Assembly: GCA_951406725.2 (NCBI GenBank)
Contig: OX597841.1
Location: forward strand, 1,488,001 to 1,552,000
Length of the DNA stretch: 64,000 bases
Source of the DNA: Octopus vulgaris
Lineage: Eukaryota
Direction: 5' to 3'
In this document: positions 1 through 13,239 of the stretch, one piece after another
Layout: the number at the start of each line of letters is the position of its first letter
Position numbering within the stretch: the stretch's first letter is position 1
Position numbers and translations under genes: made by a program
Notes under the pieces: generated by a model
The model's input: the letters and a program-made list of their open reading frames with translations, nothing else
The model's database searches: none
Told to the model about the DNA's origin: nothing

Positions 1-1309
1 GTCGTCGTGGTCGTGGTCGTGGTTGGGGGGGGTTAATTCCACACCATTAGATAATTGACAATAATTCGTTGCGCTCCATTCACCCCCCCCCCCCCACCCA
101 CCCACGACCACCACCACAACCAACCACCGGCACACGTGTGTGTGTGTGTGTGCGCGTGCATGTGTGTGTTTTCTGCCCCCACCCACCCACCCCTCCCGCC
201 GCCCCACTCCGGCTGACCCCTACCAATGCTCCCCCCCACTTCTTCGACCTTCTTCACCACATCACACCTTTCAGCATCATCATCATCATCATCATCATCA
301 TTTTGGGGGGAACAATATGATCACATTAGCTTGTGATTAAGTGGCTTATTAGGTACAATACAAATAACCACTACTACTACTACTACTACCAACATTACTA
401 CTACTACTACTAATACCACCACCACTACTACTATTACTACTACTACTACTACAACTTTTATTACTATGACTTGGACAAGAATACCAACACCATCCCCCAT
501 CACACACCAGTACCACCCCCATCACTACTACTGCTACTACTACTACTACTAATACTAATACCACCACTACTACTACTATTACTACTACTACTACTACTAC
601 AACTTTTATTACTATGACTTGGACAAGAATACCAACACTATCCCCCCATCACACACCAGTACCACCCCCACCACTACTACTACTACTGCTACTGCTGCTA
701 CTACTACTATATAGGAAGTGAATGTGATGATAAGTGGTCATGAATAAAATATATGTTCATGAATCCTGTTCAAACCAGCAGCTGACCACCCCTCAAGAAA
801 GAACAAGGTCAGCATTAACAGTGTGAATGTTGTCCATATGGTTGATTGATCTGCTAGAAATAGCAGCCAAATCTTCTCTAAATGATGTTAGGTAAAAAAA
901 AAAAATAAGAAGATGCTATGGTCATGGCTAGGTGGCTGGATTGTCTTGGATCATGATGGGACTGCTTACTCAGTTTAGGGCCAGCCTAGGGTTACACAAC
1001 AAAGACAGTGACACGAAAAAATTCTATAATGAAAATGACTGTGGTGATGATGATGATGATGATGATGATGTTGATAATGATGGTGATGGTGATGGTGGCG
1101 ATGATTATGATGATGATGATAAATAAAATATACCTCTCTCTCTCTCTCCCTCTCTCTCTCTGTCTCCCTCTCTCTCTCTCCCTCTTTCTCTTCCTTCCTC
1201 TTTGTTTAGCAAACTTGGAAACGTCCACCACAATAACAAAAATGAAATGCCATTGTGTATGTGTGTGTGTGTGTGTGTGTTTGAATACATTCCATTTGTT
1301 TTTTATATG

Positions 1310-1381
<72 letters not shown>

Positions 1382-1789
1382 CACACACACACACACATAC
1401 ATATATATATATAGATAGATGGGTACATATATATATATATATAGATAGATACATACATACATATATATATCTATATATACACACACACATGTATACATAT
1501 ACACAAATATGCAAATACATTCCCTGCAATATATGCAAAACACGAGGGCTAAGAATAAAATATAGGGGGAGGTGTTAATCCCTGCTAGATTAGACTGCAT
1601 CTGTGATGCTCCTTGATTGACACCAGATGCAAATTAGGGATTTATTTTCATGCACACACACACACACACACACAAACCATCACTTCTCATTCATGCAGTT
1701 ACTATATAAAACAACTCCACCCATGCACTTTGTGATCTGCCTCTATTATATACCCGTCATCCTCTACCCTTGAGGGATGTAATGATTTT

Positions 1790-1913
1790 GCTGTTATTAT
1801 TATCATTATTATTATTATCATCATCATCATCATCATCATTATTATTATTATTATTATTATTTTCATTATCATCATTATTATCATTATTGTTATCATTATC
1901 ATTATTATTATTA

Positions 1914-1969
<56 letters not shown>

Positions 1970-2234
1970 TTCATTATCATCATTATTATTATTATCATCA
2001 TTATTATCATTATTGTTATCATTATTATCATTATTATTATTATTATCATTATTATTATTATTATTATCATTATTATTATTATTATTATCATTATTATTAT
2101 TATTATTTTCATTATTATCATTATTATTATTATTATTATTATTATCATCATCATCATTATTATCATTATTATTATTATTGTTATTATTATTATTATTATT
2201 ATTATCATTATTATCATTATTATTATTATTATTG

Positions 2235-2265
<31 letters not shown>

Positions 2266-2347
2266 TATCATTATTATTATTATTATTGTTATCATTATTA
2301 TTATTATCATTATTATTATTATCATTATTATTATTATTATCATTATT
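1790..2347. repeat. (ATT/ATC)n microsatellite
   Basis: Direct reading. Confidence 0.95.
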
Positions 2348-2349
2348 AA

Positions 2350-2550
2350 GGCAGTGAGCTAGCAAAATGCTTAGTAGTATTTTGTCTGTCACTACATTCT
2401 GAGTTCAAATTCCGCCAAGGTCAACTTTGTGTTTCATCCTTTGGCGGACGATAAATTAACTACCAGTTGCATACTGGGGCTGATCTAATCGACTGAATCC
2501 CCTCCCCAAAATTTCAGGCCTTGTGCCCAGAGTAGAAAAGATTATTATTA
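2350..2550 (+). mobile_element. tRNA-derived SINE, 'tail A' subfamily (ends in (ATT)n)
   Basis: Head ggcagtgagctagcaaaa, B-box-like gagttcaaat, conserved core ...tttcatcctt...gataaatt...taccag, tail ccccaaaatttcaggccttgtgcc...agaaaag(att)n; multiple copies in window. Confidence 0.8.
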
Positions 2551-2551
2551 C

Positions 2552-2584
<33 letters not shown>

Positions 2585-2596
2585 CATTATTATTAT

Positions 2597-2808
2597 GGCA
2601 GCGAGCTGGCAGAATCGTTAGCACACTGAGCAAAATGCTTGGCAACATTTCAATTGTCTTTGCTTTCTGAGTTCAAATTCCACCGAGGTTGTCTTTGCCT
2701 TTTATCCTTTCAGGGTCAATAAATCGACTGCCAGTGAAACACTGGGGTCGATGCAATGTACTAGTCCCCTCCCCCAAAATTTCAGGCCTTGTGCCTATAG
2801 TAGAAAGG

Positions 2809-2838
<30 letters not shown>
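2597..2838 (+). mobile_element. tRNA-derived SINE, tail A subfamily
   Basis: Second copy in tandem with 2350-2550; same head, core and tail, embedded in an (ATT)n tract. Confidence 0.8.
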
Positions 2839-2840
<2 letters not shown>

Positions 2841-3273
2841 TTCTATTGAACTTCGTCTACTCCTGATGCAAGAAACACAACATTTCTGTTTAAAGAATGA
2901 CATAACAACTGATATGTGTACACATACACACACACATGTATGTGTGTTTGGTTGTCTGTGTGTGTGTATAATATATTGGTTGTCTGTGTATAATATATGA
3001 GATTGATGCATTGCTGATCATTATTCATCCTGTCAGATGTATTTTGAATGCATCCATCGAAACATATGTCGAAGATACAAAGATATAAATAATTCAATAA
3101 GATCTTGAGCATTTGTCTCCATTTTAAATTCTTCCTATTTTCTCCTAAATATGACTTGCTTCTCCTTGGAATCAAATCCCGCACAAGTGTGACCATTATT
3201 TCCTTGGACCCTTAAGCAACATGTAGCTACCTTGTAATTATTCCCCTGGATCTTGCCTATAATTTATACACTC

Positions 3274-3360
<87 letters not shown>

Positions 3361-3949
3361 TATATATATATGTATCAATATAGGTGTGTGAGGTTTGAAT
3401 TGAACTATACAAATATACAAATATATATATATGAGTATTTAAATATTTATATAGAATTATTAATAATAATAAACATTTTTGTTATCAGCCACACAATCAT
3501 GTTAAATTAGATGATGTAACAAACAAATAATAAATTAATTCAATATATAAACAAGTAAAAGTTAATTAAGAATAAAATGAATGCTGCTTTCAAAGAATAG
3601 TATACAAACTCTAACCCCTTAATATCAAGGGGTTAGAAAAATCCCTTTTCACGGGCACCAGTTTTTAGGTAAAAACAAAAAACCCCATCATAAAAATAGA
3701 AATAACAAGAAATATAGATTTTTAAAAATACAAAGAATGGAACAAAGAAAAAATAACTGCAAAACGTTCATTTATGGTATATATATTTAATTAAAAATGA
3801 AAAATGCAATGTACAAATGTGTTAATTGCATAGAGAGTTTTAAAATTTAAAATATACATATACCCATGTCATTTTACATGGCAACATCCCATGAGAACAA
3901 ATTTTGGTTGAAGATCTTGACCAAAAGGAATTCAGACCAAAACTATGTT

Positions 3950-5080
3950 ATGTAAAATATGGACGAAATCAATGTTAACTGGAGACTGGAAACAGCCATC
4001 GTTAATTAAAAATGGTTCAACACAGCCATATTAATTAAGATATGGAGTAAACAATGTCAGCTAAATGAAGGACAATGATTATGTTAATTAAAAGTTGAAC
4101 AACAGTCATGTTAACTGAACAATGAAATAAGGCCATGTTCACTAAAAGATGCTAACTATAAAGTGAACAATGGCCATATTAACTGAAACATGAACGATGA
4201 ACATGTTAACTGAAACATTAACGATGAACATGTTAACTGAAACATGAACGATGGACATGTTAACTGAAACATGAACAATGGACATGTTAACTAAAAAGTT
4301 AACAGTGACTAACTGTGTAAACTAAAGGATGTTAACTAAAACATGAACAAAGGTTTATTGAAGAAAATTTGGAAAATTACCTTGTTCATTAAAATATGAA
4401 CAACAACCAAGTTAACTAAAATATTTTAATTAAAATGTGAACAATAGCCATGTTAACAAATACACAAACAGCCATCATATTAATTAAAAGATGAACAAGG
4501 ACCATGTTAACTAAAGAATGGATAATGGCCTAAACATGAACAAATGCATGTTAACTAAAAATTGGACAATGGTTGTTAACTAAACTATATATGATGACCA
4601 TGTTAACTAAAGCAGGAACAGTGATCATGTTAACTAAGTCAACAATGGTTATGTTAACTAAAATGTGAACAATTACTATGTTAACTAACAATGGACATGT
4701 TAACTAAGAGATTAACAATGGTTATGTTAACTAAAATGTGAACAATTACTATGTTAACTAACAATAGACATGTTAACTAAGAGATTAACAATGGTCATGT
4801 TAACAAAAATGTTGAACAAATTGCTTTTAACTTAAACAGGAACATCAGTCCTGTTAACTAAAGAAATGAACAATGGCCATGTTTACTGAAATATGAGTGA
4901 TGGTCGTGTTATGTTAACCAAAGAATTGAAAGATGGCTATGTTAACTGGGACACAAGTGATGTTCATGTTAACAAAAGAAATGAAATACGGACAGGTTAA
5001 CAGGAAGTTAAACAAGAACAAAGAACGGCCCTGTTCATTGAAATACAAAAAAACACTTTAAAGATGAACAAAAGGTCACG
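3950..5080. repeat. Degenerate ~27-bp minisatellite (consensus about tgaacaatggccatgttaactaaaa) with a 73-bp higher-order repeat
   Basis: About 25-30 GTTAAC cores by eye; near-exact 27-bp units at about 4180-4295; 73-bp duplication starting at 4641 and 4714. Confidence 0.85.
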
Positions 5081-5339
5081 TTAAATTAAGACCCTAGGAT
5101 CTAAGATGGACAAAATCCCTACTGAGGGATGTTTCTTTTTAGGGTCTTTCTGATGTCATAAAACGATGGATTTCCTTTATATTTCAAAAAAATGATTGGG
5201 TTGTTATATTGATTGGAGTTATTTTTTTGTAAATATTTGATGTCTGTTTTTTTTTTTATTGTTTTTGTGATTATGTCAATTCTACATGAACCGTTCGGCC
5301 AGTAATGTTTATTATAAACATTTTGGAGTATATAATATA

Positions 5340-5392
5340 TACATATCTGCATGTATATATTTATAGGTGTATATCTATATCTATATATACAC

Positions 5393-5427
<35 letters not shown>

Positions 5428-5494
5428 GGCATATAGATATATATAGGCATATATATATATACACACACACGCACACACACACACACATATATAT

Positions 5495-5540
<46 letters not shown>

Positions 5541-5565
5541 GATATATATACATACTCAAACACAT

Positions 5566-5620
<55 letters not shown>

Positions 5621-5720
5621 CACATACATATATATATATATATCATAGATATATACATACTCAAACACACGCACACACACACACACACATAAATATATAT
5701 ATATGTACAAGCACACACGC

Positions 5721-5774
<54 letters not shown>

Positions 5775-5971
5775 ATATAAAGTTCCAATGGAGTAGTGGG
5801 ATCAGTATGTCAGAGTGCATCGCTTGGTGCAAAGCCTGACGCGCTGCGCCTCTGTTAAGACTAATGTATGTTGGTATTTCATTATTTACAGCCTGGAATT
5901 GTGCCATGGCAGTATATATGAGTATACCACCGAAGGAATGTGGTTGAATGCGTGAGTGTGTTGGAATATAC

Positions 5972-6002
<31 letters not shown>

Positions 6003-6241
6003 TAAATGTATATGTAAATGTTAGCATATGTTTGTTGACCAGGAGAATGTGGAAACATGTCTATAGTGGTATATATATATATATATATATATATACATAC
6101 ACACACATATATATATATGTATATATATGCATATATATGTGTGTGTATGGATGTGTGTGTTGTGCGTTAGTATATATATATACATATCTGTATGTATTTA
6201 TTGATGCATATGCTTGTATACATGCATACATACATACACAC

Positions 6242-6303
<62 letters not shown>

Positions 6304-6429
6304 GTGTGTATATATATATGTATGTATATGTATATATATGTATGTATGTATATGTATATATCTGTATGTGTACACATATATGTATGTTATTTACATGAAT
6401 ATGTATGCATACATACATACACATTTACA

Positions 6430-6466
<37 letters not shown>

Positions 6467-6709
6467 TAAATGATGATGATATATGTATACATATGTATGT
6501 GTATATACACATATATATATACATACATACATATATATATATACATATGTGTGTGTGTGTGTGTTAGTATATAAATGCATGTCTGTATGTTTGTATTGGT
6601 GTGTATGCATGTATTTATACATACATATATATATGTATATATGTAGGCATATATATATATCTGTATGTATTGATGTATATATGCATGTATATATATATAA
6701 ATGTATATA

Positions 6710-6770
<61 letters not shown>

Positions 6771-7224
6771 TATGTGTGTATATGGTGTCCTTGTGTAACC
6801 ATGTGTGTTTGTATGTAAACAGACATCTATAAATGCATTTTTATTTATGTATATATGTAATGTGTATATGTGCATATATGAAAATACATGTACACACACA
6901 AACATGTATATGTGTGTGTGTATATAAATGTATGTGTGTAAAAATATATGGATATATATACATATATATAAATAATAGTTTTGTCCATGTATGATATATG
7001 TGTGTATATATATATAAGTGTTTTACATATATATATATATATATACACGCATACATACATACACATATATGTATATGTACATATATACATATATATATAA
7101 ATATATATGTATTTATATATACACATATATATGTATGTCTTTTATACACATATATATATATATAATATATATATACACATATATATGTATGTATATATGT
7201 ATATATATACTTATATATGTGTAC

Positions 7225-7265
<41 letters not shown>

Positions 7266-7343
7266 AGTGTGCATGTAAGTATGTCTATACGTGAGTGTAT
7301 ATATGTGCACACTCACGCACACATACACACACACACACATATA

Positions 7344-7390
<47 letters not shown>
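5340..7390. repeat. Compound (TA)n/(TG)n/(CA)n microsatellite field
   Basis: Direct reading; interrupted by a unique island at about 5780-5960. Confidence 0.9.
5892..5951 (+). CDS. Candidate 60-nt symmetric (phase 2-2) exon, LELCHGSIYEYTTEGMWLN
   Basis: Unique island inside microsatellite; acceptor tatttcattatttacag| and donor GC|gtgagt; only one open frame. Not linked by phase to the main gene without another exon. Confidence 0.33.
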
Positions 7391-7919
7391 ATATACGAGT
7401 GTGTTTTTTGTGTGTGCGTGTGTGTGCACACGCACATTCCCTGATGCTGATGCTGTTGGCTGCGTGACATTTAAATGATAATGAAGAAAGTCTTTTAATG
7501 TTTGCACGTATGTGTACCCAGGGTGGGTGTGTGTGGCCGTGTCCTCGTGTCTGCAGGAAAGGGTGAGTGACAGAGGGAGGCGGGCAATGGAACGTATATA
7601 TATGTGAATATGGGATCATCCATGCTGGTTTTGTTATTAACATCTCTTGCAATGCATCTGTGTGTGTGTATGTGTATATATGTGGTTATATGTTTGTACC
7701 TCCACATACACATGTATGTATATCAGGGATGTGCCATTTGAGTCAGCAAGGTAGGTGGATAAGGCCATGAATATTAAGTGCTTTGAATAAATTTAGTGTG
7801 TTACAGTGGGTGTATATAAAAGCAGTTTTCTTTGTTTCATTAGAGAGTGAACATTTTCCCCATGTATCACTCATTATGTGTGTGTGTGTGTGTATGATTA
7901 CATGCGAGAGCTTGGCTCA

Positions 7920-8620
<701 letters not shown>

Positions 8621-9229
8621 TATGTTTTCTTATAAGGTTAGGTCTACTTGTTAATAATTTATTCACACGTCCTGCTTACCACAACAGACTCTTTACCAAT
8701 GGCACATGTCTGGTATATTTATACAGCATATTTAATCTCTGGATTATCTTACATATCTTAATATAATCCCATAAAAGGCTTACATTGAGATTTTCTAATA
8801 GAGAATGAGTGATTTCTGGTCTTGGGGGTTATTCATTAAATAATTAAGCCCTAATTACCACTGGTATGAATCTCAGGTCATACAAGTTTGTATGGGGTGT
8901 ATGTAGAGGGGTATGTGTGTTTCTGTGTACATAGAATGTATATTTGTATATATGTATGTACTTGCATTTGTATGTATGTATGTATGTATGCTTCTGTGTA
9001 TGTATGTTTGTGTGTATGCATGTATGTATGTTTTTGTTAACATATGTATGTGTGTTTTCTATAATTAATTGGGGTTTTTTTTTGTATATTTCGAAATAGA
9101 TGTCTGATACACAGTATATTTAATACATACATACATATAAATATATATATGTATGTATGTATGTATATGTATATATAAGTCAGTTATGTTCCATTATAAA
9201 TATATATACATATATATATATATACACAT

Positions 9230-9265
<36 letters not shown>

Positions 9266-9381
9266 GAGTCAGTTCACATTTTATTCTTTCTTTTTGAAAT
9301 TTTACACTCTTACAAGTAGTTTCATGTTTTACAACAATCTTCATGTAAATGTTTATCCAAACACAATTTTAGAAACCCTGA

Positions 9382-9426
<45 letters not shown>

Positions 9427-10934
9427 ATATGTATGTATACACTCGCACAACCACATGCATACACAGTTCAAGAGATTCGTACTATATATAAGTTGTTGTG
9501 TTTGTAAAATCTGTTCCTCATTTATAGATTCAGTTCAACTCCAATCAAACCCACCATGTTCATATGTAAAGAAATCCATTGTTGTAATGCCACCTGTTGT
9601 GACACTTTTCCTGATACTACTACTACTATTACTACTACTACTACTGCTTGCTTTCAGTAATATCAGTGCTATTTTAGCACCACTGTGATATATCATGTTT
9701 AAAATTTTAAACTCTTAAAATTCTACTGATCACGTAAGACTTTTGCATGTTCCAGGGTGACTTCTGTCTATATATATATATATAAATATATACTTTTATA
9801 CTCACCCTGTTCATGCAGACAAATGTATCCTTTGCCCACAGATTGTTCTTTCACTCAATGGTCTGCTCCACATTCTATGAAATGAAACAATTCAAAGTCC
9901 CATGGTTGTACAACTGAATTCAATTCTAACAGGAAACAAACAAAATGCCAAATATAAAAGCGATTATGACGATGACGAAATCATATTATCAGGAAATAAC
10001 GAAACAAAATATTTATGAGGACGGTTTTAATTATTTTTTTTTTTTTTTGTGATTCCATTGACTTAAACCAATCCAAAATTACATGGTTCTTGGGTGAATG
10101 TGTCATCAAGTTTATTTTTTTTAAAGAGACTCGATTATAATTTTAAAAATTTCGAAATATCAAATCATGGTGTAAATACAGTTTATACACTTGGCCTTGC
10201 GACGAAAATGATATTGTATACAACATAAATATATATATGTATAGATATATATAAATATATATTTATGTATGTATATATATATATATATAAGAAGTTATTT
10301 TCTGTTTTAGAACTCCACATCTAACTGTGACACGTGTTCTATTTCAGAATCCGCATATACTCCTCTTCGAAACTAGTCAGGTTACCCAAAATGAAGTTGG
10401 TTTTTGGGTAACGGCAAAATGCCTTATAACGGTTGTTTTTTTTGTTTTTTTTATGAATTTTTTTTTTTTCTACGTAATACAAACAAACAATATTTGTACT
10501 GTATTTTGAGGTAGTACAGTGTGATTGATAACTTAGCAGAATGAAACCGAGAGAATGAAGAATAGCAAAGAAATGCCTTCACAGTATTGAGTTTTGGGGT
10601 TCAAATCTCGAAAAGCTGTCAACTTATCCATTCTGGGAGTTGATAAAATAAGTTAATTAATGAGCTAATTTAATCCACTGTACCCTCCCCTACAAAGTTT
10701 CTTGGCCTTGAGCCTATAATCAAAATTATTGTCTTTAATATTATTATCATTATAAGGATAATAATAATTATTATTATTGTTATTATTTTACTATAATAAT
10801 AGTAATAATAATAATAATTATTATTATTATTATTGTTATTATTACTATTATAGTAAAGTTTATAAAATACACACCTTGTGTTGTTTGACACTAACAAACG
10901 CTTGTGTAAACAATGCCATTAATAAATGGCTATA

Positions 10935-10998
<64 letters not shown>

Positions 10999-11097
10999 GA
11001 TATTATATACATATATATGTTTGTATACATATATGTATGTAGATATTTATATGTGAATATTTAAATATATATATTCACATATATGTATATATCTATA

Positions 11098-11141
<44 letters not shown>

Positions 11142-11287
11142 TATATCACTACAGATATGCCACTGCATATCAATAATATACTTATAAGTACATAGAAAAA
11201 AATATCCAAAGCACTTCCAAAAGCTCTATTAAAAGTTTACATTGATATATGTATATAGAGAGATAGATAGATATGTATGTATGTCTA

Positions 11288-11356
<69 letters not shown>

Positions 11357-11358
<2 letters not shown>

Positions 11359-11730
11359 ATAATTAGGGCTTGGCAAGATTGCTTCACCACATGCTGAAAT
11401 TTAGAAATAGCAGTTAAATACTATCCTTCTACCATAAGATAACTCCCAGAGCAGCAATACTCTCACCACACAGAGACAAAGAGAAAAACTAAGGAGTCCG
11501 ACCTCTTTCCCTGTGTGTGTTGAAGTATTGCTGTCTGGGTGTTATCTTATGGTAGAAGGATAGTATTTAACTGCTATTTCTAAATTTCGGTATGTGGTGA
11601 AGCAATTTTTAAGCCCTAATTATAATTATGTTTATAATTATAATAATTTTTTGTATAAGTTTACCGAGAATGGTTCTGAGCTACTTGGTAAGATTATTAA
11701 TTATAAACTGATTAATTAATTTTACCCTTT
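11357..11730. repeat. Fold-back (11357-11625) + right tail; same family in opposite orientation at 51125-51423
   Basis: Arms ...ttgcttcaccacat...tttagaaatagcagttaaa... pair; the tails of the two copies are reverse complements. Confidence 0.7.
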
Positions 11731-11740
11731 ATTATTATTG

Positions 11741-11780
<40 letters not shown>

Positions 11781-12087
11781 AAAGTTTTTACAACTCTTCA
11801 TTAGATTCGTGAATCAGTCTGTACTGTGTGTGAAAGAGTTGTGTCTCATGTGATATTTAAAATCTTGATTTGCTAATACTTGCCAAATAATACTGTTTAG
11901 AGATTAATGAGTACGTCCGTGCGTAGCGTTTGAGTGTGTGTGTATGTGTATGTATATATGATGGATGGATGTACGTATATATGAAGCATATGTATTTTAT
12001 GCATATATTCTACATGTGTTTATCGTATATATGTCAATTACATATGTATATTTATTTTATATATATATATATACATATGTGTGTATA

Positions 12088-12151
<64 letters not shown>

Positions 12152-12173
12152 TATACATATATATATATATTAT

Positions 12174-12230
<57 letters not shown>

Positions 12231-13194
12231 ATGTATATATTGTGTGTGTGTGTGTGTGTGTATGTATGGATGTATCACATATGTATGTAAATATTAGGGT
12301 CATGTGTGAGTTTTAAGTAAGGAAAAATATTTACTTTGTGGAACGTTCTCTATCCACATATGTTGTGACCAAATTTTTTCTCTCGTACTTTACCAAGTTT
12401 ATAAAAGAATGTTATAAAGTACTGACCTCCGTCGGTTATTTTGGTGAAGTGCTCTGAAGCAGTGATGGCTGTTCTTTCGTTCGTTAGAGCTAGTCAAAAC
12501 AATACACGAACAAATCTTCATCAGATCTCTAATCAAACTCTATTTAACGTGCGAAATCAACAACTGTCAGCTGAAAACAAATCCAGCATAAAATACAAAC
12601 CCTTTCTCTGACAGATTTCCACTGACAATCGCATCAAAACACCTCTGTATAAACGTTTGTACAGTTATAATAAATGACATATAATATATATATATTGTCA
12701 GACATTCTCTTAGCCAACTTCAGAGTTCACTTGATGTTTACACACAAACCAATTTGTGTATGTAATGAGTATGATGTGTATAATGTGTATATTAACATAT
12801 ACATACAATTGTAAACGCAAAATAAACACGCTGATTTGCGTGTTCACACACACACACACACACACACACATATGTACACACATACAGACATATATGTACA
12901 TGTATATGTAGGTATATGTTTGTGTGAGTGTGCTGTTGGAACATCTTTTTTATAATTAATTAATTAATTAATTAATTAATTAATTGATTTAGTCTTTCCT
13001 AATCCTTCCCTAATCAATCACTTTTAAAATTAATTGTATTATATCTAGGATAAAGATTAATAAATGTATCCTTTTTTTTTTCCACTTTATTCATATCTAG
13101 AAAAAATCTGTACAATGTACAGGCAGTGGGGAGATATTATATACATATATATGTATGTATATTTTGCATGTGTGTATGTGTATATATATATGTG

Positions 13195-13239
<45 letters not shown>

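Noticed and set aside
3025-3075. Partial hammerhead-like remnants GAAA-CATATG-TC (also GAAA-CTAG-TC at about 10369 and GAAA-CAGCTG-TA at about 51901)
   Set aside because: 3' halves fit, but the 5' core box is missing or degenerate; possibly decayed Penelope ends, not supportable as ribozymes.
5119-6027. 302-aa ORF and the many YI/CV/HT-repeat ORFs
   Set aside because: Dinucleotide repeats lack stop codons; no coding signal.
7557-7562. 6-nt microexon ctgcag|GAAAGG|gtgagt
   Set aside because: Splice signals look good but such a short match arises by chance; weak polypyrimidine tract; unsupported without RNA-seq.
12465-12530. Minus-strand CUGAUGA...GAAA hammerhead candidate
   Set aside because: Stem II is offset by several nt, there is no UH at the expected place, and stem I is unconvincing.
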